From: Candidatus Babeliales bacterium
Lineage (GTDB): Bacteria > Babelota > Babeliae > Babelales > JACPOV01
Direction of reading: 5' to 3'
NCBI GenBank assembly: GCA_050250855.1
Contig: JBFWNW010000001.1
Location: 128,001 to 192,000, forward strand
Length of the DNA: 64,000 nucleotides
Part shown: piece after piece, positions 1 through 13,960 of the stretch
Position numbering within the stretch: the stretch's first letter is position 1
How the letters are laid out: every line of letters begins with the position of its first letter
Translations under genes and position numbers: made by a program
Notes under the pieces: generated by a model
Database searches by the model: none
What the model saw: the letters and a program-made list of their open reading frames with translations, nothing else
Told to the model about the DNA's origin: nothing

Positions 1-31
1 GGTACCCTAGGTATACTAAAAAGTTTGAAAT

Positions 32-118
32 GCCGGGATGGCGGAATTGGTAGACGCACGGGACTCAAAATCCCGCGATGGCAACATTGTGTCGGTTCGA
101 GTCCGACTCCCGGCACCA
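32..118 (+). tRNA. tRNA-Leu(CAA)
   Basis: GCCGGGA/TCCCGGC acceptor stem, anticodon arm CGGGA-CTCAAAA-TCCCG, long variable arm, GGTTCGAGTCC T-arm, encoded CCA. Confidence 0.96.
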
Positions 119-152
119 TTACTTCAAAAAACCTAACTTAAGGTTATTCTTT

Positions 153-497
153 ATGATCTCTTCACATAGCTGTATTTTCTGTAACATTATTGCTCAAAAA
201 ATACCAAGCGTGCCGGTTTTGGAAACTGATGATATTCTGGTCATAAAAGATATTAACCCCAAGGCAACGATCCATTATCTTATTATTCCTAAAAAACATA
301 TCCCCGATTTGCGTGATTTTAAGCCTGAAGATCTCTCTTTAGCGGGCACTATGCTCATGATAGCGCAAAGGCTTTCTGAGGGTTTGCCAGAGCCAAAAGC
401 TTTTCGTATACTTATGAATAATGGCCCAGAAGCGGGCCAATGCGTATTCCATGCGCATATGCATTTCTTGGCGGGTAAAAAAATTCCTAGCTTTTAA
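153..497 (+). CDS. HIT-family (HINT) nucleotide hydrolase
   Basis: CIFC N-terminus, DINP, AGQCVFHAHMH histidine triad; start moved to ATG 153 because the ORF-track start at 78 lies inside tRNA-Leu. Confidence 0.93.
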   Translation: MISSHSCIFCNIIAQKIPSVPVLETDDILVIKDINPKATIHYLIIPKKHIPDLRDFKPEDLSLAGTMLMIAQRLSEGLPEPKAFRILMNNGPEAGQCVFHAHMHFLAGKKIPSF

Positions 498-529
498 ATG
501 GTGAGGGTATCTTTTTCAAACGTTATACT

Positions 530-1423
530 ATGCTAAAAATTATTCGTATTGGTTTGTATTTCATAGTACTGGGTATGATCTTGGTTATTTTTCTCTCTTA
601 CCAAGGTATTAAGCATGCGACCAAAAGGCCACGTTATACAACGGAAAAAATAAAAGAGCACGAAGCCAATAGGTCTATTCTCCTTAAAGAGTTTAATGCG
701 CAGCCTCTTACGTTTATGACAGAGGATGGTCTTAATCTCTCAGGATTATTATTGGTGCGCGAAGGTGCTCAGCGTACTTTGCTTATTTGTCATGGCTATC
801 GGATGTGCAAAGAACGTCTTTTGCCATTTGCTTCAATGTTTCCTCATGATAATATTTTTCTGTTTGATCATCGGGCTCATGGCCAGAGCGATGGTTCTCG
901 GGTTACGATTGGGTATGAAGAACCTCAAGATGTTCTTGCTGCCGCACGTGTAGTGCAATCTCATGAAAAAACAAAAAATTTGCCGTTGTATGGGATAGGG
1001 ATTTCTATGGGGGCCGTGAGCTTGCTTGCTGCAGCATGTCAGGAAAAAATTTTTTCTGCCATTATTTTAGATTCACCGTTTGGTAAGCTTGATGTACAAG
1101 CGCGGCGTGTATTTTCGTATAAATTTAAACTCCCCTTTGTTCCTTTTGAAGCGATAGCTCACAAAATATTTGAATATTGTATGCAGTTTTCTTTAGGGCA
1201 GGTTGATTCATTTTCCTCTATTAAAGATCTTACAACCCCGGTTATGATTATCCATTCAGTTTTTGATTCTATTGCATCACTGCAAGAGGCGTATAAGATT
1301 TTTGAAACAGCTCCATGCAAAAAAGAGATGTGGATTGTGCATGCATCACGGCATGCGTATATCTTTTCTGACTGTTCTGAAGAATATCGCCAGCGCGTTG
1401 ATGAATTTTTTAAAACGGCATAA
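530..1423 (+). CDS. Membrane-anchored alpha/beta hydrolase
   Basis: N-terminal TM helix, CHGY oxyanion motif, DHRAHGQSDG, GISMG nucleophile elbow, C-terminal Asp/His candidates. Confidence 0.9.
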   Translation: MLKIIRIGLYFIVLGMILVIFLSYQGIKHATKRPRYTTEKIKEHEANRSILLKEFNAQPLTFMTEDGLNLSGLLLVREGAQRTLLICHGYRMCKERLLPFASMFPHDNIFLFDHRAHGQSDGSRVTIGYEEPQDVLAAARVVQSHEKTKNLPLYGIGISMGAVSLLAAACQEKIFSAIILDSPFGKLDVQARRVFSYKFKLPFVPFEAIAHKIFEYCMQFSLGQVDSFSSIKDLTTPVMIIHSVFDSIASLQEAYKIFETAPCKKEMWIVHASRHAYIFSDCSEEYRQRVDEFFKTA

Positions 1424-1437
1424 ATAGCTTAACTGCT

Positions 1438-1469
1438 GTTCGAATGCTTCGACGGGCTCAGCACGAACG
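1438..1469 (-). repeat. Short palindromic REP-like element, copy 1
   Basis: Reverse complement CGTTCG-TGCT-GAGCCCGTCGA-AGCA-TT-CGAAC matches elements at 37241-37410; lies between convergent genes. Confidence 0.7.
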
Positions 1470-1475
1470 AATTTG

Positions 1476-2402
1476 TTATAACTCTTCTAATTCTGCTAAT
1501 CGATCTTCAGAACTTTTCTTTTGATAAAATTCATCTTGATAAAAAATAGCAAGACCAACAAAGACTGCTAATGCAGATAAAAGAAAATCCCATGATATTT
1601 TTTCATGCAAGAATACCCAGCCATAGAATGCGGCAAAAAGAGGTGTTAAGAAACTTGCAAAAGAAACAAAGGTAGGAGAATATCGTTTGAGCAATGATCC
1701 ATATAAATTATGGCAGATTAAGTTACTTACAATAATAATAATGCCTAAAATTAAAGTAAAGCGGAGCGGATCAATGATCTCTGTTTGTGGTTCATAAATA
1801 AGAGAGGTTGCTAAAGCAAGGACACCGCCAATGAACATACTAATACCATTAATCATAGCAGGCTCATAATTATAATCTTTTATGAATTTCCTTACGACGA
1901 TCCAACCATAACTTAATGATGAAATAGAAAGTACAATTGATAATTCTGCCCACGAGAAAAAGCCAATGCCGCCCATAAGATCTTCACTTGGCGTTGGGTT
2001 TATCAGTACTGGCATAAGACCAAAGAAACCAATGATTAATCCCACCATTTTTTTAAAGGTAACTTCTTCTTTTGATAAAAAATATCCTAATGCATAGGTT
2101 ATGAAGGGCCCCAACGTATAAATTAAGGATGCTTTTGAAGATGACATGTATTGTAAACCCCAAAATCTTAATATATAAGGAATGTAGCAGGTAAAAAGTA
2201 TTGCTTGTACATACATACTCAAATGTTTGCGTTCAAAACGAAATGATGCACTTTGAGAAAAGTATTGATAAGCAAGTAAAATAAAGCCGGCAATGCTCAT
2301 GCGAATGCCAACTAAAAAAATAGGTTGAGCAAAACTGAGTAATGCTTTTCCTAATGAAAATGTTGAAGCAAAAAGTGCATAGAGCATAACAATTTGAAAC
2401 AT
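1476..2402 (-). CDS. DMT/EamA-family transporter
   Basis: About 10 hydrophobic helices in two EamA halves; GIRMSIAG, GLQYMSSSKAS, TPLFAAFYGWVFLHE motifs. Confidence 0.9.
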   Translation of the reverse strand: MFQIVMLYALFASTFSLGKALLSFAQPIFLVGIRMSIAGFILLAYQYFSQSASFRFERKHLSMYVQAILFTCYIPYILRFWGLQYMSSSKASLIYTLGPFITYALGYFLSKEEVTFKKMVGLIIGFFGLMPVLINPTPSEDLMGGIGFFSWAELSIVLSISSLSYGWIVVRKFIKDYNYEPAMINGISMFIGGVLALATSLIYEPQTEIIDPLRFTLILGIIIIVSNLICHNLYGSLLKRYSPTFVSFASFLTPLFAAFYGWVFLHEKISWDFLLSALAVFVGLAIFYQDEFYQKKSSEDRLAELEEL

Positions 2403-2757
2403 AGGTGCTCCTCATAGGGTGATTATAATCAATAGTTACAATAGCATAAGCCGTGATGGCAATGCAATATAAATGGGTTTAAGAATTATACTTGTATCTA
2501 ATAGGAATGTTACTATATAGAGAACAATACGTTATTACGATCAAGAAAAGTGATCTGTAAATTTTAATTCTATTTGCTTTATTAAATTATCAAACAGATC
2601 ATTTTATGTCAATTTTTTTCATTAAACTTTGATTCCGTCTGTTTTTTGAATTAATACTGAGATTTTACCCTATATTTTTCTTGCATTTGCTTGAAGGAAT
2701 TTATTAGCGTCCTTAATAGGAATATATTTGTACTATTAAAAAGGGGTAAGGTGTTTT

Positions 2758-4047
2758 ATGAAAAAGATAGTTTTGTTAAGCGTTGTTGCATTTTTGCATG
2801 GAGCGGTGCAGGCAGAAGCAGTTAAGCAGCCAAAAAAGAAAGGGTGCTACTCTGCAAAACAGGTCAAAGAACGTTCTGAACCGATAAAAAAAGAGTCTGC
2901 CCGATTTGGTATGACAATGCCAAAAAGAGGTTCTCTCGTTTGGCAAAAAAATAAGGAAAAAGAGGCGCGCAAGGTTGTAAAACAACAAAGCATGCAGCAG
3001 GAACAGCAAAAAATGCGTATGACAAAAGAAAGAATGCGCCAAGACAGAAATATGATGCTTGCAAAGCAGCAAGAGATGCAAAGAAAACAAGAAGAAATGC
3101 GTATGATGCTTGAAAAAATGCAGGAAGAAAAAGAAGCACGCAGAATTGCAAAATTACAGCATATGGAAGAGAAAAGACAAGAAAAAATGCGTATAGCTCA
3201 AGAAAGAGAAGAACAAGAAAAACAGATTGCTTTTTCAAAAAAACAAGAAGTTGAACGTAAGCAAGAAGAAATTCGTACAACCTTAGCAAAAATGCATGAA
3301 GAAAAAGAAGCTAAAAGAAAAGAAAAAATGCGCATGGCTCAAGAAAAATTACATCAGGAAAGAACTATGATGCTTGCAAAACAGCAGGAAATGGAACGCA
3401 AGCAGGAAGAAATGCGTCTAATGCTTGAAAAAATGCAGCAGGCAAAAGATGCTAAAAGAATAGCAAAACAACAAAAAGTTGAATGCAAACAAGAAGAGAT
3501 GCGTATGGTGCAGGAAAAAGTAAAACAAGAAAAAGAATCGCGTAAAATAGCAAAACAAAAAGAAAATGAGCAGAAAAAAGTAGAAGAAATGCGTATGGTT
3601 CAAGAAAAAACTGAGCAAGAAAGATTAAAATTACTTGCAAAACAACGAGACATGGAATGCAAGCAAGAAGAAATGCGCATGGTACAAGAAAGAGTGAAAC
3701 AAGAAAAAGAAGCGCGTAAGGTTGCAAAGCAAAAACAGGCTGAAGAAAAAAGACAAGAAGAGCTGCGTATAGCGCAAGAAAAAGCTGAGCAAGAAAAAGA
3801 GATGATGATGGCGCGACAAAAAGAAGCTGAGCGCAAGCAAGAAGAAATGCGTATGGCAAAAGAAAGAATGATGCAAGAAAAAGAAGATCGCAAAATTGCA
3901 AAGCAAAAACAAACTGAAGAAAAAAGAAGAGAAGATATGCGCATGACGCATAAAATGAAACATGAAGCGCCACTTAAAATGGCTTCACGCGATACAATCA
4001 GAAATCAAATGAGATCTATTGCAACATCTCGTATGCAAGGTGCTTAA
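2758..4047 (+). CDS. Secreted Met/Glu/Lys/Gln-rich long alpha-helical repeat protein
   Basis: Signal peptide (MKKIVLL...AVQA), about 11 repeats of 28-30 aa starting MRM/MRI, no Pro/Gly in the repeat region; followed by a hairpin. Confidence 0.85.
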   Translation: MKKIVLLSVVAFLHGAVQAEAVKQPKKKGCYSAKQVKERSEPIKKESARFGMTMPKRGSLVWQKNKEKEARKVVKQQSMQQEQQKMRMTKERMRQDRNMMLAKQQEMQRKQEEMRMMLEKMQEEKEARRIAKLQHMEEKRQEKMRIAQEREEQEKQIAFSKKQEVERKQEEIRTTLAKMHEEKEAKRKEKMRMAQEKLHQERTMMLAKQQEMERKQEEMRLMLEKMQQAKDAKRIAKQQKVECKQEEMRMVQEKVKQEKESRKIAKQKENEQKKVEEMRMVQEKTEQERLKLLAKQRDMECKQEEMRMVQERVKQEKEARKVAKQKQAEEKRQEELRIAQEKAEQEKEMMMARQKEAERKQEEMRMAKERMMQEKEDRKIAKQKQTEEKRREDMRMTHKMKHEAPLKMASRDTIRNQMRSIATSRMQGA

Positions 4048-4083
4048 TTTTAACACACCTATATATTTATAGTATAAAGATAA

Positions 4084-4107
4084 AAGAGGCAGAGAAATCT
4101 GCCTCTT
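4084..4107 (+). terminator. Hairpin, probable intrinsic terminator
   Basis: AAGAGGCAGA-GAAA-TCTGCCTCTT, perfect 10-bp stem with GNRA loop. Confidence 0.7.
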
Positions 4108-4133
4108 ACTCTATTCACTAAAAGGGGATCACT

Positions 4134-6338
4134 ATGAAGAAATATATACTGAATGGAATCTTATTTTTCTTAACATTTTCATCCATGTGCTCTGAAAATT
4201 TTACCAATACTGGTTTAATTATTATTTTTGATGATTCAGAATTTCTTAATAAAAAAGAAGAAGTTTTATTTAAAGCTATGGAAAGGTCTTTAATAGCTGC
4301 TTTACAACAAAAAGCAGCACCAATTTTAGTTTCTTTTTCTGTTTTAAGATCAATAGTAATGCATAGAGATTTATTGAAAATATTGGGAAATTTCACACAA
4401 GAACTTGATTTATGGATTTATAAGAAAGTGAGTGATTTTCTCTACTTATTAGTTCCTAAGAATTACCATGATATTTCTGCATTAAAGAATTATTCTCAAA
4501 TGAACATAGCTAAGTCAGAAGCTTTTACGCCCCTAGAACTTGCTCTAGGATTAAAAATAGATCATATGCACAGTGTAAATTGGCGAGAGATTGAGAAAAC
4601 CCTTTATCTACCACCATGGAGTGAAACTTTAGAAAAAGATTTTATTAATAATCTTCCTAACATTTTTTTATCTAATCAAGATTATAGTAAGGTTAAAATG
4701 CTTGCACAAAGACCGGCATGGGCTTTATATATGACTGGGCATGGAGATATATTAAAGCAAGCGAGTCGTAAATCTATATTGAGCAAACAAGAGCTCATGG
4801 AAGGTTATATATTTTTACAAAAAGCACAGCAAGAATGGCAACTGTTTTTAGAGAAAGAAAAACAAATTAAAAATGTACAAGAGCAAGCTACTCTTTTGGC
4901 AAATGCAGAACTAAGCTTAAAGAAAGCAGTAGATATTTTCAAAAAATTTAAAGACATTAATATTTCGATGCTGAAATTTGATCAGCTTAAATCTGTACAA
5001 GATTCTCATGTATTAGAATTAGAAAAAAAAGAATTTGTGCGCTGTTTTGAAAATGCTGTTTACGTTTTTAAGGTTGATGAAATGTTTATTTTTTCACAAG
5101 AAAACTTTGCTCAAGGGATATATAATATTTTTGCCTACTTAACCACTCCAAATTTTCAAAAACTTTTAGCTTTTCTAGATACAAAAATAAGAACAAAAAT
5201 ATTTTGTTTCGATAGTTGTTTTTCTGGGGGCGGCCTTGATCGATTATATGAAGATCAGAAAAAAGCGATACAAAAAATATATAACTATTTAATTGTTACT
5301 GCTGCAAGCACCGATGCTCCTTCTTTAATGAGTATTAGAATGTTGCAGTTTAATGAATTTTTTAGTGCATTGCGAACTCATGACCCTATTGATTTTGAAG
5401 AAGTGCTAAATTATATTTTTGGTTTTTATTATCAAGAAAAAAAGCTAATTAGGTTTCCCCAAAATTTACCACTTTTAAAGTTTCCTGGCAGGGAATGGGT
5501 TTCTATGATCGATATTCCTGAAAAAATTGTTTCATTAGGAAAAACATTGGCACGTTCGCGTAATCCTAATCAGCCTTTAGATGTATCCCGTTTTTTTGCA
5601 GGGCGTATTACTAAAGAAGGGCATAAAAAGTTATCTATGATCTATCCTCAGATGGTATTATTTTATACTGATAAAATTCCTTTTATTCTTAAGTTTACAG
5701 CACCTCCAACCAAAACTGATGAAGCTATTTTTCCTACCTTTTTTTCCATGATAAGTGGTGATGCGGTACATGAACTAGCAGGTGTGGATGCAGCAGATTT
5801 TGGTTTATGGGATATAGTAATATCGGGTTTTGATGAGTCAGATTCAAGAAAAATTTTTATGATCAAAGAGCTTACTGTAAAAAATGATATAACAAATTGG
5901 CCAGGAAAAAAACCAGGACAACTTTTAAAGCTTACTGATGTTATTCTATTTTATTCAGTTAAAAATCCCCGTGATATTCAAATTAAAGGAGAAATTCATG
6001 GGATATATTTTACACTTAATGGGACTTATTATAGAAGTTGGTGGAAGAAGAAGATGACTGATTTCTCCGGGGATACCTTACAAAATTTTGCCATGGTTAA
6101 AGATGATTATATGCCAGCATTCCTTGAATTTGCAGCTTCCATAAGAAGTCAAAAAGCAAGCAAACCAGATTCAGTTTTTAATGAAAATTTAGAAGAACTT
6201 AAAAAATTTATGGAAATAAAGCCAAAAGAAAAGCCTAAAAAACCATTACCTCAAGAATCGCAAGAAATAGAATCTTTACAAAAGCAACTACAAGAACTTC
6301 AAAAAACATTAAATTCATTACAACAGAAGATTTCATAG
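4134..6338 (+). CDS. Secreted protein with putative caspase/clostripain-fold (clan CD) cysteine peptidase motifs
   Basis: Signal peptide; WALYMTGHG (His203) and IFCFDSCFSGG (Cys362); C-terminal coiled coil. Confidence 0.6.
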   Translation: MKKYILNGILFFLTFSSMCSENFTNTGLIIIFDDSEFLNKKEEVLFKAMERSLIAALQQKAAPILVSFSVLRSIVMHRDLLKILGNFTQELDLWIYKKVSDFLYLLVPKNYHDISALKNYSQMNIAKSEAFTPLELALGLKIDHMHSVNWREIEKTLYLPPWSETLEKDFINNLPNIFLSNQDYSKVKMLAQRPAWALYMTGHGDILKQASRKSILSKQELMEGYIFLQKAQQEWQLFLEKEKQIKNVQEQATLLANAELSLKKAVDIFKKFKDINISMLKFDQLKSVQDSHVLELEKKEFVRCFENAVYVFKVDEMFIFSQENFAQGIYNIFAYLTTPNFQKLLAFLDTKIRTKIFCFDSCFSGGGLDRLYEDQKKAIQKIYNYLIVTAASTDAPSLMSIRMLQFNEFFSALRTHDPIDFEEVLNYIFGFYYQEKKLIRFPQNLPLLKFPGREWVSMIDIPEKIVSLGKTLARSRNPNQPLDVSRFFAGRITKEGHKKLSMIYPQMVLFYTDKIPFILKFTAPPTKTDEAIFPTFFSMISGDAVHELAGVDAADFGLWDIVISGFDESDSRKIFMIKELTVKNDITNWPGKKPGQLLKLTDVILFYSVKNPRDIQIKGEIHGIYFTLNGTYYRSWWKKKMTDFSGDTLQNFAMVKDDYMPAFLEFAASIRSQKASKPDSVFNENLEELKKFMEIKPKEKPKKPLPQESQEIESLQKQLQELQKTLNSLQQKIS

Positions 6339-6352
6339 TATTGAGTACCGAG

Positions 6353-6382
6353 GGGAAGAAGTTTAAAACTTCTTCCCTTTTT
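6353..6382. terminator. Terminator hairpin between convergent genes
   Basis: GGGAAGAAGTT...AACTTCTTCCC stem followed by T tract. Confidence 0.7.
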
Positions 6383-6385
6383 CAT

Positions 6386-7471
6386 TTATTGCGTTGCTTG
6401 TGCAACTAAATATCCTTCAATAAATTCCATAATATCACCATCAAGTACCAAATCTGGTTGCGGTGATTCTATATCAGTTCTATGGTCTTTTACCATTTTA
6501 TATGGATGCAAAACATACGATCTAATTTGCGAGCCCCATTCAATTTTCTTTTTATCAGTTTTTGCTAATTTTGCTTCTTGTTCTGCTTTTTGCTTTTGAG
6601 CAAGTTTTGCATACAGCATTTTCATAGCAGTTTCACGATTCTGCAATTGCGAGCGTTCATTTTGGCATTGTACTACAATATTAGTAGGAAGATGCGTAAT
6701 GCGTACGGCAGAATCTGTTTTATTAACATGTTGTCCTCCAGCACCACCAGCTCTATAGGTATCAATGCGCAAATCTTTTGGATCAATAGAAATTTCAATT
6801 TCTGGCATTTCTGGTGTTACACTTACTGCAGCAAATGAAGTGTGTCTTCTTTTACTGGCATCAAAAGGTGAAATGCGCACAAGACGATGAATTCCTTCTT
6901 CTGTTTTTAAAAGTCCGTATGCATTTTTACCTTTAATAAAAAGAGTGGCAGATTTTATGCCAGCTTCCTCTCCTGCTTGATAATCTATAACGCTTGCATT
7001 GAGGCCTTCGCGTTCACAAAAGCGTATGTACATACGTAAAAGCATATTTGCCCAATCTTGTGATTCGGTGCCGCCAGCACCAGCATTGATGCTAAAAAAG
7101 CAAGCAGATTTATCTTCAGGATCATTTAAAAGAAGTTGCAATTTAAACTTATTAATATGTTTAATTAATGCATTAATATCAGCCGATAGTTTTTGAAGTT
7201 CTGTTTCATCTTCGGAAAACAGATCAATGAATTCACATACTTCATCATACGAGCGCATAACTTCCAGATATTGTTCTCTTTGTGTCCGTATAGATTGGAG
7301 CTCTTTTAAGATTGCTGTTTGCTGAGGATGTTGCCAAAAGTCTTCTTGCATACTTAAGGATTCTAGCCTTTTAAATTCAGGTTCCAGGTTAGCATTGTGC
7401 CAATATTGCTTAATAATCTGTAAATCAGGTTCAATAGCTTTTAATTTTTCGCGAAGTTCATCAACGAGCAT
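6386..7471 (-). CDS. prfB: Peptide chain release factor 2
   Basis: SPF motif (RISPFDA), GGQ motif, WGSQIRSYV; single uninterrupted ORF. Confidence 0.97.
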   Translation of the reverse strand: MLVDELREKLKAIEPDLQIIKQYWHNANLEPEFKRLESLSMQEDFWQHPQQTAILKELQSIRTQREQYLEVMRSYDEVCEFIDLFSEDETELQKLSADINALIKHINKFKLQLLLNDPEDKSACFFSINAGAGGTESQDWANMLLRMYIRFCEREGLNASVIDYQAGEEAGIKSATLFIKGKNAYGLLKTEEGIHRLVRISPFDASKRRHTSFAAVSVTPEMPEIEISIDPKDLRIDTYRAGGAGGQHVNKTDSAVRITHLPTNIVVQCQNERSQLQNRETAMKMLYAKLAQKQKAEQEAKLAKTDKKKIEWGSQIRSYVLHPYKMVKDHRTDIESPQPDLVLDGDIMEFIEGYLVAQATQ

Positions 7472-7630
7472 GGGATTCCTTATACAAAGTAGGTATTTTT
7501 AGGTGAATATACCATAGAAAGGCTATTTGACCAATCGCCTCCAGGTTGACTTTTCCACTTGAAATTATTTTTTTTTATGATATCATGGATAATGACATAT
7601 AAGCTCAGCCTTTAATTCTACCTATTTTCT

Positions 7631-8224
7631 GTGAAATGTATGAAAAAACCCGGAAAGCTCTTTGTGGTATCTGCTCCTTCAGGGGCAGGAAAAACTACCC
7701 TTATAACTACGCTGTGTGAGCGTATAGGCGATCAGCATGCTTTTAAGCGTGTGATTACGTATACTTCTCGGCAGCCAAGGCAAGGGGACCAAGAGGGAAA
7801 AGACTATCATTTTATATCCAAGCAAGAGTTTGAAGTAAAAATTCAAGAAGGCTTTTTTATAGAATGGAGTAATGCTTACGGGAACTACTACGGCTCTCCG
7901 CGGTCTATACTCAATGAGTTGACAAGCGGTGTTTCATTTTTCCTTATTATAGATAGGGCAGGTGCTCAAGTAGTGTCTGAGGTTCATAAAGAATCGGTGC
8001 TTATTTGGATACATACAAAAACTATTGAAATATTAGAAAACAGATTGCGCTCAAGAAATACAGAACAAGAATCAGAGATTTTGAGGCGTTTATCATTAGC
8101 AAAACAAGAAATTGATGAAGAACTGCAAAAAAAATTTTATCAGTACCATGTTTTGAATGATAACTTTGAAAAAGCCATTCAGGAGCTTGTTTGTATCGTT
8201 TTTGATGAGATAGAAAACTCATAG
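7631..8224 (+). CDS. gmk: Guanylate kinase (start may be ATG 7640)
   Basis: SAPSGAGKTT P-loop, TSRQPR..EGKDYHF, YGNYYGS. Confidence 0.94.
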   Translation: MKCMKKPGKLFVVSAPSGAGKTTLITTLCERIGDQHAFKRVITYTSRQPRQGDQEGKDYHFISKQEFEVKIQEGFFIEWSNAYGNYYGSPRSILNELTSGVSFFLIIDRAGAQVVSEVHKESVLIWIHTKTIEILENRLRSRNTEQESEILRRLSLAKQEIDEELQKKFYQYHVLNDNFEKAIQELVCIVFDEIENS

Positions 8225-8280
8225 GTTTGGCGATAATTTTAAGAAAAAATAAAAAATTTTTATTTTTTTTAAAAAAATTG

Positions 8281-8308
8281 TTGACTTAGGCATAGAGACC
8301 TGTATAAT
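8281..8308 (+). promoter_or_regulatory. rRNA operon sigma70 promoter
   Basis: TTGACT-16 nt-TATAAT with upstream A/T tracts (UP-like); boxA-like TCTTTGAAA at 8377-8385. Confidence 0.8.
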
Positions 8309-8469
8309 TACTTCTGTATTTAATGACGAAGGAGCTGAAAACGCAGCTCCTAAATTTATCTAAAAAATTGAAAAAATCTTTGAAATTCACGGTAAACCCT
8401 AAAAGTCAGCTTACAAGTTTTGTGAACGTTTTCCGTAACAAAACAATATAAAATCTCTATTAAGATTTT

Positions 8470-10013
<1,544 letters not shown>

Positions 10014-10131
10014 CGAGGGAGAATAATGTTAGCAGATTTTTCTGCAACGATTTAGGTGTGCTATGGAAAGCATAGCAAAACTTGTAAGCAATTTTTTTAA
10101 TGCTCATTGATAGCATTGGTATAATTAGTAG

Positions 10132-10207
10132 GGGCCTATAGCTCAGTGGTTAGAGCGCCCCGCTGATAACGGGGAGGTCGGTCGTTCAATTCGACTTAGG
10201 CCCACCA
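10132..10207 (+). tRNA. tRNA-Ile(GAT)
   Basis: Cloverleaf, CTGATAA anticodon loop, CCA; located in the ITS. Confidence 0.97.
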
Positions 10208-10297
10208 TTTTTTTTGATGGTGGTGTCTTAAGGTAAAAAATTTTGACTGATCTTTTGCGCGAACTGCTCCTTATTGCAAGAGCTATTTATCATAAAT

Positions 10298-10373
10298 GGG
10301 GATGTAGCTCAGTTGGCAGAGCGTCCGTTTTGCACGCGGAAGGTCAGCGGTTCGAATCCGCTCATCTCCACCA
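10298..10373 (+). tRNA. tRNA-Ala(TGC)
   Basis: GGGGATG start with G3:U70, TTTGCAC loop, CCA; located in the ITS. Confidence 0.97.
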
Positions 10374-10510
10374 AAAGCTAGAGCAAAAAATAAATAATAG
10401 GGTTAGTGAATTGAGAATACAATAAAAATTCTTGTGTTCTTTGAAATATACGATTTAATACGTCTTAGATACAAAAGCGTGGAATTTTCATATATAAAAG
10501 TTAAGAAAAT

Positions 10511-13535
<3,025 letters not shown>

Positions 13536-13642
13536 CTATAAAAATTTGCATATCGTTAGGTAACTAACGAGAGAATTTCACAAATATTATCAAGACGTTT
13601 AAATCGTATATTTCATAGAACCAAGAAAAATTTTTGAAAATT

Positions 13643-13758
<116 letters not shown>

Positions 13759-13765
13759 TTAATAT

Positions 13766-13799
13766 AAGCCCTGAGAGAAATCTCGGGGCTTTTTTTTTT
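13766..13799 (+). terminator. rRNA operon terminator
   Basis: AAGCCCTGAGA-GAAA-TCTCGGGGCTT followed by a long T run. Confidence 0.88.
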
Positions 13800-13894
13800 A
13801 TATTTTTTTTAATATTTTAGTCAACAGTGCAATTATATCTTCGGTTCTTTTTATTCAATTTTAAAATTTCTTTTAAATTAAATTCAAAAAAAAC

Positions 13895-13924
13895 TTGACT
13901 AAGCTGTATATAGCTTGGTTTAAT
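13895..13924 (+). promoter_or_regulatory. Putative promoter of the beta-helix operon
   Basis: TTGACT-18 nt-TTTAAT with TG extended -10; near-palindrome AAGCTGTATATAGCTT in the spacer. Confidence 0.45.
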
Positions 13925-13960
13925 AAAAATAATGTTTTGTACAAAAGAAAAAAGGAGAGA

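Noticed and set aside
32..118. tRNA genes as island or prophage attachment sites
   Set aside because: No integrase, no duplicated tRNA 3' end and no phage genes were seen in the window.
78..152. N-terminal extension of the HIT ORF from ATG 78
   Set aside because: It overlaps tRNA-Leu (32-118); ATG 153 gives a normal-length HIT protein.
2776..3973. Several minus-strand Phe/Leu-rich ORFs
   Set aside because: They are antisense shadows of the A-rich repeat gene 2758-4047.
13895..13960. TTG start for beta-helix gene 1
   Set aside because: The TTG coincides with a -35-like TTGACT; ATG 13961 has a strong RBS and yields a signal-peptide-like N-terminus.
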